From: Escherichia phage nieznany
Length of the DNA: 64,000 bases
Sequence record: NC_052659.1
Direction: 5' to 3' (one strand)
Part shown: one piece after another, positions 54,880 to 63,347 of the stretch
How positions within the stretch are numbered: position 1 is the stretch's first letter
How the letters are laid out: every line of letters starts with the position of its first letter
Translations under genes and position numbers: made by a program
Notes under the pieces: generated by a model
The model's input: the letters and a program-made list of their open reading frames with translations, nothing else
Databases searched by the model: none
What the model was told of the DNA's origin: nothing

Positions 54880-55482
54880 ATGACTGATAAAATTTCCCTG
54901 AAAAAAGGCTCTAGCGAAAAAATTTCCCTGAAGAAAGTTGCTCCGGCTCTGAAAGAACTGCGCCTGGAATTCTCTTGGAAATCTGATTCTAAACTGGATC
55001 TGGATGTAAGTGCACTGGTTTGTCGTCACAATGCCGCTGGCAATCCTGAAATGCTGTCTGCACGTCATCTGGTTTGCTATGCTAACAAGTTTGATCCTGA
55101 ACGTTCTACCTTCGCTGGTGACGATGTTCGTGATGGGACTGGCAGCATGGAGCAGATTGATATTACTCTGGCTAAAATCTCTCCTGATGCACAAGAGATT
55201 GCCTTTGTTCTGACCATTGATGATGATACAGGTCTGAAACGTTTTGGTCATGCTTCTGAAGGTATGCTTAAAATCTTCGACTCCGAGCGTAATGTGGAAA
55301 TTCTGGATTTTGACTTCCTGGCTCCTGAAGTAGCTGGCAACACAATCTGCCACGTGGCTTCCCTGGTTCGTGAAGATGGAGAATGGAAGCTGAAAGCATA
55401 TGGTGTAGGTAAAGCTGGTCTGGATATTTGCGATGTGGTGATGGCCTTCGGTGGTAAAAAAGAATGGTATGAATGTCCATAA
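54880..55482 (+). CDS. TerD-domain protein
   Basis: KISLKK..LKELRLEFSWK..LDLDVSALV ... IAFVLTIDD pattern typical of TerD family; strongly CTG/CGT-biased codons. Confidence 0.7.
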   Translation: MTDKISLKKGSSEKISLKKVAPALKELRLEFSWKSDSKLDLDVSALVCRHNAAGNPEMLSARHLVCYANKFDPERSTFAGDDVRDGTGSMEQIDITLAKISPDAQEIAFVLTIDDDTGLKRFGHASEGMLKIFDSERNVEILDFDFLAPEVAGNTICHVASLVREDGEWKLKAYGVGKAGLDICDVVMAFGGKKEWYECP

Positions 55483-55500
55483 TAATTAACAAATGATTTT

Positions 55501-55528
55501 GAGGGGGAGAAGTCCCCCCTCTTGCAAT
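55501..55528 (+). terminator. rho-independent terminator
   Basis: GAGGGGGAGAAGTCCCCCCTC hairpin followed by T-rich tract. Confidence 0.5.
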
Positions 55529-55582
55529 AAAGCCTCTATCGTGTTATACTAGAAGTTCGTTAACTTAAAAAGGAGGCAAAAT

Positions 55583-56104
55583 TTGCTGATAAAAAACTTT
55601 GTAACAGTTGCGTTACTATCCTTAACTGCTTTTACATTTACACCTGTTGTGGCGAAAGCCGAAGCTGCAAACGTAAAAACCGCTAAAGTAGTTCACAAAT
55701 GTACAAAGCAATATAATGATAAAATTCTATTAGCTTGTGCAATTTACGCAGAAGGTCGCGGTCTGGGTAAAAAAGGAATGAATGCCGTTGGGAATGTGGT
55801 AATCAACAGAAGAAATGATGCCTACTTCCCTAACACAGTCAAGGGAGTCTTGTTCCAGAAAGGGCAATTCTCATATGCGAAAACTTTTAACGTGACAGAG
55901 AAAGATAAGTGGCAGGAAGCAAAAGCAATAGCGGAGCGTTTACTTTATTTAGAGAAACATTTTCCTGAATTGCGGTCTGTTTTAGATGTTACTAAAGGTG
56001 CTCTATACTTCAAGAAACGGAATATAAGGACACACTGGGAGCGTGATATGCGTCTTGTTTATCGAGATAAAGTGCATGGTTTCTATCTACCAAAGGGGAG
56101 TTAA
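55583..56104 (+). CDS. SleB-like cell-wall hydrolase (Hydrolase_2 family) with signal peptide
   Basis: LACAIYAEGRG..GMNAVGNVVINRRNDAYFPNTVKGVLFQKGQFS matches SleB-type conserved block; TTG start after AAAGGAGG. Confidence 0.6.
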   Translation: MLIKNFVTVALLSLTAFTFTPVVAKAEAANVKTAKVVHKCTKQYNDKILLACAIYAEGRGLGKKGMNAVGNVVINRRNDAYFPNTVKGVLFQKGQFSYAKTFNVTEKDKWQEAKAIAERLLYLEKHFPELRSVLDVTKGALYFKKRNIRTHWERDMRLVYRDKVHGFYLPKGS

Positions 56105-56105
56105 A

Positions 56106-56390
56106 ATGCAAGAAGATAATACTGTTGTTGTAGCAAGTTACCTGGTTGTCGGTCTTACCGAAGAGGACGTATACTACACCCGTAAACATTTGGAAGCATA
56201 CGCTACTTTGTTTATGGAAGATGAAAAGGATGTAGATAAATATAGCATTGATATGATCAACGACAGTATTTATCCTTGTATGGTTCTTAAAGTAGATGCT
56301 GTGCTGTGGGAGCGTTTTGCAAGGACTCATGATGCTGTAGAATGCTCCGCAGTAATGTCTCAAAACAACATTTTAGGGGAGATTCACTGA
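56106..56390 (+). CDS. hypothetical protein
   Basis: ATG 56106 after GGGGAG. Confidence 0.45.
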   Translation: MQEDNTVVVASYLVVGLTEEDVYYTRKHLEAYATLFMEDEKDVDKYSIDMINDSIYPCMVLKVDAVLWERFARTHDAVECSAVMSQNNILGEIH

Positions 56391-56620
56391 TGGGAGAAGT
56401 CATTGAAGTAAATTTTCGCACTAAACAAAAAGTGCAAAAATATGTTGTTATTAAAAACATTTGCGTTGTCTGCTTCAATACTGTAATATACGATTCACGA
56501 CGCGGAGAAAACGAAAATGAACCTTACATTGAAATTTCTAAGAACAAAGGTCAATGTATTTGTAAGAACTGTGCAGTAGCTATTAAGGAGGTTGTAAATG
56601 AAAACGCTTGGGACCAATGA
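56390..56620 (+). CDS. small Cys-rich protein
   Basis: CVVCFN ... CICKNC motifs; ATG overlapping upstream stop. Confidence 0.4.
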   Translation: MGEVIEVNFRTKQKVQKYVVIKNICVVCFNTVIYDSRRGENENEPYIEISKNKGQCICKNCAVAIKEVVNENAWDQ

Positions 56621-56789
56621 AACTGGCGAGATCTCTCTTCAAGAAGTGACAAACGACAAGCTGATTAAACTACGGGATGTAGCTCGTGACCATCTCCAAG
56701 AATCTTTTAAAGAATATATGGAAGCACGAGATCGTGTCATCCAAATCCAACAAGAAATGATTAAACGTGGGATTGTAGCTGACAGTTAA
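56598..56789 (+). CDS. hypothetical protein
   Basis: 63-aa ORF. Confidence 0.4.
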   Translation: MKTLGTNETGEISLQEVTNDKLIKLRDVARDHLQESFKEYMEARDRVIQIQQEMIKRGIVADS

Positions 56790-56805
56790 TATAACGGAGG
56801 GGAGA

Positions 56806-57369
56806 ATGATTTATTATATTACTCCCTATCTGACAGGAAATATCGGCAAGGCTATCAATGAAGCTATTGCCGTTCTTCCAGATGATAGTTGGGTGTGCTT
56901 AAGAGATACCGATACAATGTTCCTCCTGCCTGATCAACCATCTATGCTTGAAGAGCTTATTATGTCAAACCCGCCTTTTGATGTAATAGGTGCAACTTGT
57001 AACAGGTTAGGTAGTGGTTATCAGCTTTTCTCTAACCAAATTAACGATGATCCAAATATTCTAAACCATATAGAATATGCTAAGATTGCAAGAGAATATC
57101 ATAAAGTGAGTGTTGAAGAAGTTCCTTTCGGAACACCTCTGGCAGGTTTCTTTTTGCTTTTTAGAAAATCATTGTGGAATGAAATTCCTTTCGAAGAAAA
57201 ATCTATCCAATTCGACCTAATTTTCTCTCGCACTTTACATGAAAAAGGAAAAAGGTTAGGATTGATGCGGGGAATGTATCTGTTTCACATTTACAGATTA
57301 GGTCAAACAAATCCTCAACGGTCTATACATCATTTATTACACTGTCACGATCACAGTAAAACTATCTAG
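56806..57369 (+). CDS. glycosyltransferase-like protein (GT-A-like, tentative)
   Basis: DTD acidic motif (WVCLRDTDTMFL) after hydrophobic strand. Confidence 0.35.
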   Translation: MIYYITPYLTGNIGKAINEAIAVLPDDSWVCLRDTDTMFLLPDQPSMLEELIMSNPPFDVIGATCNRLGSGYQLFSNQINDDPNILNHIEYAKIAREYHKVSVEEVPFGTPLAGFFLLFRKSLWNEIPFEEKSIQFDLIFSRTLHEKGKRLGLMRGMYLFHIYRLGQTNPQRSIHHLLHCHDHSKTI

Positions 57370-57377
57370 GAGAGAAA

Positions 57378-58061
57378 ATGGAAAATATTAAAATCGGAGT
57401 GGGTGTTATCACTGTAGGTGTCCGTCCACTTAAAGACTATCTTGTAACAGATCCACATGCAGATTTTCGAGTATTCAACGATCCAGATCGTAAAGGTGTA
57501 GCTTACGCCAGGAATGAACTTATGCACCAGTTTTATGAAGAAGGTTATGATTATTGGTTTATTTTTGACGACGATTGCTACCCAATCATGGAGGGATGGG
57601 AAACATATTTTGTAGATCAAGCTGTCTCTGGAGGATGGGATTTCTTTGGTATGCCGGAGTATTTCAAAGATAAAGTTGTTGGGAGTAAAGGAGAAGTTAT
57701 TCTCTGGGAACTTGCAATGTGTCAATTTGCAATGTATTCTCGTGCCGTTGTTGAGAAGATGGGTTATTTCCGCCCTTACACTCACGGCTATGGTTTTGAA
57801 GATGCTGAATGGGTACACCGTTTGAAAGCTGCTGGTTTGAATCAGGGCATTCAGGCAATACCTTGTCCACTTCATATCATGGCTTATATCCACCCAGACG
57901 ATGTTTTTGGAAACAATCCTATGCCTTTTGCTAATCTGACAAAAGAAGAGAAAGAAGCTGCTATTGGCATTAACTGGGAAGAATATAAAGCGTCTTTAGA
58001 AGATATTAAAAATGGGAAAATCCGAATTTCTTATGAGGAGGCACTGGCACATGTCAAATAA
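57378..58061 (+). CDS. glycosyltransferase-like protein (GT-A-like, tentative)
   Basis: DYWFIFDDDCYP DxD-type motif. Confidence 0.4.
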   Translation: MENIKIGVGVITVGVRPLKDYLVTDPHADFRVFNDPDRKGVAYARNELMHQFYEEGYDYWFIFDDDCYPIMEGWETYFVDQAVSGGWDFFGMPEYFKDKVVGSKGEVILWELAMCQFAMYSRAVVEKMGYFRPYTHGYGFEDAEWVHRLKAAGLNQGIQAIPCPLHIMAYIHPDDVFGNNPMPFANLTKEEKEAAIGINWEEYKASLEDIKNGKIRISYEEALAHVK

Positions 58062-58998
58062 AAAATGGACTAAACTGAAAATTGATGCAAAACCTCACAG
58101 TGGTTGTGATTATCATCGTATTGTTATACCATTTAACAACAATAATCTTCAACCTAAGAAAGATGTTGTTGTGTTTAACCGTATTCACTCTAAAGGTGCA
58201 GAATATGTTTTGTCCCTGAAACGTCAAGGTGTTAAGATTGTTGTAGATTTAGATGATTTCTACCAACTTAATCCAGAACATTATTTAGCAAGTCTATACG
58301 AGTCAAACACCCATTCTATTGTAGCTATGGTTAAGCTTGCTGATGTGGTCATTGTGACTACGGAATACTTGGCATATAAGATCCGTCACTTAAATAGGAA
58401 TGTTGTTGTGATCCGAAATGCACTTCCTTTTGATAGCGGACAATTCACTTTGTCAAATGATCGTTCATCCGGTACCCCTGTCGTATGGGCTGGCGGTGCT
58501 AGTCACGAACCCGACTTACGACTAGTCTCTAATACTTTCGACGATGACCTTCTTACTATTGCGGGATATGAGGCATCACAGAGCATCACGGGACAAGAGT
58601 GGATTAAGATTCGCAGAAATTTACCAAATGCCAAATATAAAGCCGCTGTAAAAGATTTAGATAATTACATGAGTGTTTACGAGGGTCATGCTATTGCTAT
58701 AGCTCCTCTGGTAGATAACGATTTTAATAATTGTAAAAGTAATCTCAAAATCTTGGAAGCTGGGGCAAAAGGTATTCCAATTGTTTGTTCTAAGGTATTA
58801 CCTTATTTTAACCCTGTAGATGCTCGCGCTGTTGCTTACGCAGAGAATAAAGCAGAATGGCATTACGAAATTGTTAAGCTTCTTCGCAATCCGAACTATC
58901 GGGAAGATCGTGGCTTGTTCTTAGCGGAACATGTTCGAACACATTATAATCTGGCAGATGCAAACGAATTGCGACGCCAGGTTATTGAAAGTTTGTAG
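58051..58998 (+). CDS. glycosyltransferase, GT-B-like C-terminal domain (paralog 1)
   Basis: NxKSNLKILEAGAKGIPIVCS resembles GT4-type E-x7-E region; paralogous to next gene. Confidence 0.45.
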   Translation: MSNKKWTKLKIDAKPHSGCDYHRIVIPFNNNNLQPKKDVVVFNRIHSKGAEYVLSLKRQGVKIVVDLDDFYQLNPEHYLASLYESNTHSIVAMVKLADVVIVTTEYLAYKIRHLNRNVVVIRNALPFDSGQFTLSNDRSSGTPVVWAGGASHEPDLRLVSNTFDDDLLTIAGYEASQSITGQEWIKIRRNLPNAKYKAAVKDLDNYMSVYEGHAIAIAPLVDNDFNNCKSNLKILEAGAKGIPIVCSKVLPYFNPVDARAVAYAENKAEWHYEIVKLLRNPNYREDRGLFLAEHVRTHYNLADANELRRQVIESL

Positions 58999-59005
58999 GT
59001 GAAGT

Positions 59006-59950
59006 ATGGGACAAATAATTCTTGACAATCGTAACGGAATCAATTATAGTGTCTGCGATTTCCATAGGGTAGTGCTGCCTTACTCAAGGCAGTTCTCTTC
59101 ACAACCTAAATACAACGTTTTCGTTTTTAACGGAGTGCCAACAAAAGGTAAAGAGGGCTTTTTAGCCCTTAAAAACCTGGGCTTTAAAATGGTTATGGAT
59201 TTGGATGACTCTTTAGTTATTCCAAAAGGACACATGTTAGAAGGTATTTTTGAATCAGGTATTCGTGAACATTTAAAATGGTTTTTAGAGCACAGTGATC
59301 TTGTTACAACTACGACACCTGCCTTGCAAGTTGAACTTTCACAATACAATGATAATGTGCACATAATCCCTAATGGACTTCCTTACGATGAAGGTCAATT
59401 TGTGTTGACCCGTGATCGCTACTCCAAAACTCCATTAGTCTGGGCTGGAAGTGAAACACATAAACAAGATTTGGCTATCTTGCCCGATTTTGGTAAAGAT
59501 CTTACAATATGTGGTTTTCGTAGGGATTCTGAAGTTTTAAGTAGTCGTGAATGGTCTTTAATCAGGGAAAATGTAGCACCAACTTGTGTTTATGAAGGTG
59601 TAAGACCATATGCCAACTACATGGAATCTTACGATGGTCATCAAATCAGTCTTGCACCATTGATCGATAACGTGTTTAATAATGCAAAAAGCAATCTTAA
59701 AATTCTTGAGGCAGGTGCTAAGGGTTTACCTTTAATCTGCTCTCCTCGTGAGAATTATCATACACAAGAGTTTAAAGATTTGTTATTCTTTGCTGAAACA
59801 CCTTCCGAGTGGAAAGATATTACGGAATACTTATTAAGTGCTCCCGATGTTTGCATGGAGAAAGGATTAGCATTAGCTAAGTATGTCAGGACTCATTATC
59901 ACATTGATGTGTTGAATGAGCGTCGTAGACTTTTATTTGAGGAGCTATAA
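59006..59950 (+). CDS. glycosyltransferase, GT-B-like (paralog 2)
   Basis: NAKSNLKILEAGAKGLPLICS; collinear similarity with 58051..58998. Confidence 0.45.
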   Translation: MGQIILDNRNGINYSVCDFHRVVLPYSRQFSSQPKYNVFVFNGVPTKGKEGFLALKNLGFKMVMDLDDSLVIPKGHMLEGIFESGIREHLKWFLEHSDLVTTTTPALQVELSQYNDNVHIIPNGLPYDEGQFVLTRDRYSKTPLVWAGSETHKQDLAILPDFGKDLTICGFRRDSEVLSSREWSLIRENVAPTCVYEGVRPYANYMESYDGHQISLAPLIDNVFNNAKSNLKILEAGAKGLPLICSPRENYHTQEFKDLLFFAETPSEWKDITEYLLSAPDVCMEKGLALAKYVRTHYHIDVLNERRRLLFEEL

Positions 59951-60228
59951 TGATTAACACTTTTGATTTTGAATACACCACTCGTAACGGGAAAGCCTTG
60001 GTTGTGGAGGTGGATTACTATTATGAAGAACCTAATCCACTTTCTCGTGAAAGCGATTGGGATTACCACGGAGGGCTTTTAATTGACGGTATTCGTTTTT
60101 ATGAAGGATCTACAGAAGTTTTTGAAAAAGATTTAAATGTAACTGTAGCAGAAATTGCTTTCCAATTTAGAAAGCACATGGAAGAACTAGAAGCAGAATA
60201 TATGATGGAGACTAACGAACCATTTTAA
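59950..60228 (+). CDS. hypothetical protein
   Basis: 92-aa ORF. Confidence 0.4.
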   Translation: MINTFDFEYTTRNGKALVVEVDYYYEEPNPLSRESDWDYHGGLLIDGIRFYEGSTEVFEKDLNVTVAEIAFQFRKHMEELEAEYMMETNEPF

Positions 60229-60240
60229 CAGGAGAACAAA

Positions 60241-62019
60241 GTGTCGCACATTATAACTAAATATGGATTTGATGTTGATCTTAGCAAGGAAGGGCATACA
60301 GGTTGTCCGCGCTGCATGAAAAATGGCAAGGATCGCTCTCGTAATAACCTGATGGTTTATGGATTAGATTCTAATGGAGAGCATAAAGGTGCTAAGTGCT
60401 TTGCGTGTGAATACACTATTCCTAGCGTAGAATGGTTACGAGAAAATGGTGAAGTTTTAGAAGAAGAGGAGGAGATTGTGGGTTCGGAATTTAATAAACA
60501 GATTCATCGTAAAATTGTTCAAGAAACATCAACCAACCCACGTGGTTATCGAGGCATTAAAGAAAAAGTTTCATCTTTCTATGGTGTTCGTTATGAATAC
60601 CGTCAGGAAGGGGATCAGATGGTAGTAGAAAGTTGTTTATATCCAACTACTATCGGTAAAGAATTGGTTGGTTTTAAGCGTCGTATTCATCCTAAAGATT
60701 TCAGTAAACCTATTGGTCAAGTAGGTAAAGATGTAGATCTTTTTGGACAAATTCGTTTTGCAGACCGTTCTCATACTGTGGTAATTACAGGTGGTGAACA
60801 CGATGCTCTGGCAGCTTATCAAATGCTGTCTGAAAACTTGGACAACAAATATGAACTTCCAGCAGTAGTTAGTGGCACAACTGGTGAAACCAGTATGTAT
60901 AAACAAGTTCAGGCACAATACCCTTTCTTTGAAAAATTTAAGAAGATTATTGTTTGCATGGATAATGACAAAGCAGGTAATGAGGCATTTGAAAATATTG
61001 TTAAGGTGCTGCCTCGTAACAAAGTCTACCGTATGCAGATGGATCTTAAGGATGCCAATCAGTATCTGGAAGAAGGTCGTGCAAAAGATTTCGTAAAAGC
61101 TTTTTGGAGTGCTCGTCTATACACCCCAGCAGGTGTTTATGCTTCTAATGTCTTGTATGAAGCTGCATTAGAATGCTTGGAATCCAAGATGATTACCTTG
61201 CCTCCTTTTATGCGTGTTGCTGCAAATATGCTGGGTGGTGGTTTAGTAGAGGAAGAGATTACAGTCATCCTGGCAAAGACCAGTATCGGTAAAACTTTGA
61301 TGGTGAACGAGATCACCAAACATATTATTGTTGCGCACCCAGAACATACCCTAGGTATTCTGTCCTTGGAAGCAACTTATAAGAAATATTCTCGTAACCT
61401 GTTGTCCTCGTTCCTGCATATTCCTCTACACAGGAAAACACCGGAAGAGAAATTTCAAATCTTGGAAGAGAATAAAGAAAAAATCCTAGATTTTTACGAA
61501 AGAGAAGATGGATCACCACGTTTTTATGTGTGTGATGATCGTGGAGCAGATGTGGAGTCTATCAAAGAAAAAGTTTTGGAGATGATCATCTATTTTGGAG
61601 TAACAATTCTTGTTATCGACCCTTATTCTGATTTGCTTTCTGGTATGGATGTTCAAGCCCAGGAAGAGTTAGCAACATGGTTGAAGCGCATCATGAAAGA
61701 GTATGCTATAACTATTATCGTCATCTCACACGTTAAGAAATCGGCTAATGGTGGCAATGAACACTTAACAGAGGACGATGCAATGGGTAGTAGTTTCTTG
61801 GCTAAAGGTGCTGGTATTACCTTGGCTTTGGAACGAGATAAAGCCGCTGAAGACCCTGTAGAACGCAATACGACTCATTGCTTTATCCTAAAAAACCGTG
61901 AGTTCTCGGAAACTGGTCCGGCAGGGCAGTTTTACTATGACATTAGAACTGCAACTCTGCATGACAAAGAGCAGTATTTCAACAATCCTGCTAATTTGCC
62001 TACGGATAGCAACTACTAA
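60241..62019 (+). CDS. bifunctional DNA primase-helicase (T7 gp4-like)
   Basis: N-terminal Zn ribbon CPRC..CFAC; TOPRIM-like region; Walker A-type AKTSIGKT; GTG start. Confidence 0.7.
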   Translation: MSHIITKYGFDVDLSKEGHTGCPRCMKNGKDRSRNNLMVYGLDSNGEHKGAKCFACEYTIPSVEWLRENGEVLEEEEEIVGSEFNKQIHRKIVQETSTNPRGYRGIKEKVSSFYGVRYEYRQEGDQMVVESCLYPTTIGKELVGFKRRIHPKDFSKPIGQVGKDVDLFGQIRFADRSHTVVITGGEHDALAAYQMLSENLDNKYELPAVVSGTTGETSMYKQVQAQYPFFEKFKKIIVCMDNDKAGNEAFENIVKVLPRNKVYRMQMDLKDANQYLEEGRAKDFVKAFWSARLYTPAGVYASNVLYEAALECLESKMITLPPFMRVAANMLGGGLVEEEITVILAKTSIGKTLMVNEITKHIIVAHPEHTLGILSLEATYKKYSRNLLSSFLHIPLHRKTPEEKFQILEENKEKILDFYEREDGSPRFYVCDDRGADVESIKEKVLEMIIYFGVTILVIDPYSDLLSGMDVQAQEELATWLKRIMKEYAITIIVISHVKKSANGGNEHLTEDDAMGSSFLAKGAGITLALERDKAAEDPVERNTTHCFILKNREFSETGPAGQFYYDIRTATLHDKEQYFNNPANLPTDSNY

Positions 62020-62020
62020 G

Positions 62021-62040
62021 GGCTTCGGCCCTTTTATTAA
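62021..62040 (+). terminator. rho-independent terminator
   Basis: GGGCTTCGGCCC followed by TTTTATT. Confidence 0.5.
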
Positions 62041-62049
62041 AAATACCTG

Positions 62050-62078
62050 TTGACAACTTTGCGGAAGGGACTTATACT
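62050..62078 (+). promoter_or_regulatory. sigma70-like promoter TTGACA-N17-TATACT
   Basis: Immediately downstream of terminator, upstream of ORF 62112. Confidence 0.5.
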
Positions 62079-62111
62079 TGTCTCATCAACCAAACAAGAG
62101 GAGAAGTAAAA

Positions 62112-62543
62112 ATGCGTATGACAATCGATCTGAATGCAAAAGTTAAAGCTGCTGGTGCTCTGGGTGCTGGTGTTATTAAACACAAACAAGCGTTGGCATT
62201 TGCCATCCCACATATGATTGTTGAGGATCATCCTGAAGAGTTTGCTGTAAAAGTTGTTGAGAACAATGTCTCTGTTATTGAACATCTTCCAACTGGACGT
62301 TCTTACCGTGTTGTTTCTTCTAAAGGTTTCCGTTTCGATGTAAGCCCTTCTTTCACAAAAGGTGCTGGTCGTAGTAAAGTGGGTATTCTTTCTTACAAAT
62401 ATTATATCGATAAAGTTGCAGATGGTGTTGCATTCTGTCGTGTAAGTGAAGGTAAAGTAGATATCATCTTTAAAAATACCAAAAACATGGTTATTTCTGA
62501 CGATGGTAAAGTTGACCTCACTATTGAGTTCGCTAACAACTAA
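62112..62543 (+). CDS. hypothetical protein
   Basis: 143-aa ORF, AGAGGAGAAG RBS. Confidence 0.45.
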   Translation: MRMTIDLNAKVKAAGALGAGVIKHKQALAFAIPHMIVEDHPEEFAVKVVENNVSVIEHLPTGRSYRVVSSKGFRFDVSPSFTKGAGRSKVGILSYKYYIDKVADGVAFCRVSEGKVDIIFKNTKNMVISDDGKVDLTIEFANN

Positions 62544-62552
62544 GGAGGACTA

Positions 62553-63347
62553 TTGAGCAAGTTGAACACACTTGATCAATATTACACTAACCCCGCTTAT
62601 GCGGGGTTCTTATGTGATAAGATCAAAGAAATTTTTGGAGAGGAAGCTAACTACGTAGAACCATCTGCGGGAGAAGGAGCTTTCTCTTCTTGTTTTAAAA
62701 ACATAACTTCTTTTGATATTGATCCTAAGTTTGAAGATTGTATTGAGGCAGATTTTTTAGCTCAATCTGTAGAGTCTGTTGGTAGTGTAACTGCTTTTGT
62801 CGGTAATCCTCCGTTTGGAAAAAATGCTAGTCTTGCCATTAAGTTCTTTAACCATTGTGCTGAAATGTTGGATAACGAAGGTGGTATTTGTTTTATCTTG
62901 CCTCGCACATTTCAAAAAATCTTTTTTGCACACAAACTAAATCCCCACATGCATCTTCTTTACGAAGAAGAATGTCCAAAAGGATCTTTTATTCTTCATG
63001 GAGAACCTTGGGATGTTCCTTGTGTATTCCAGATATGGACTAAACGCAACGAGAAGCGTTCTCCCGTTGTTTTAGGAGAAAATCGACTATTCGTATTAGG
63101 CAACAGTAAAGACTACGACATAGCCGTTAGGAGAGCGGGAGCAAGTGCAGGTAAAGTGTTATCAGAAGAAGATTCTTTATCTGAAGCATCTACCTATTTT
63201 TTAAAAGCCTTGACTTCTGATCTTAAAACGCGTATCATTGAGGCTTACCCGTTACTTAAAGCTGAAGCTAGTAAAACTGCGGGAGTAAGAAGTTTAAGTT
63301 TAAAAGAACTTCAGTGGGTTCTGGAGAACATTAGAAAGGAGGAATAG
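62553..63347 (+). CDS. N6-adenine-type DNA methyltransferase
   Basis: EPSAGEGAF (SAM-binding) and VGNPPFG motif; TTG start after TAAGGAGG. Confidence 0.55.
   Translation: MSKLNTLDQYYTNPAYAGFLCDKIKEIFGEEANYVEPSAGEGAFSSCFKNITSFDIDPKFEDCIEADFLAQSVESVGSVTAFVGNPPFGKNASLAIKFFNHCAEMLDNEGGICFILPRTFQKIFFAHKLNPHMHLLYEEECPKGSFILHGEPWDVPCVFQIWTKRNEKRSPVVLGENRLFVLGNSKDYDIAVRRAGASAGKVLSEEDSLSEASTYFLKALTSDLKTRIIEAYPLLKAEASKTAGVRSLSLKELQWVLENIRKEE

Noticed and set aside
54799-55353. 184-aa minus-strand ORF opposite the TerD gene
   Set aside because: Antisense to a clearly conserved TerD ORF.
57366-57893. 175-aa minus-strand ORF opposite the glycosyltransferase gene
   Set aside because: Antisense overlap with a sense ORF bearing a DxD motif and RBS.
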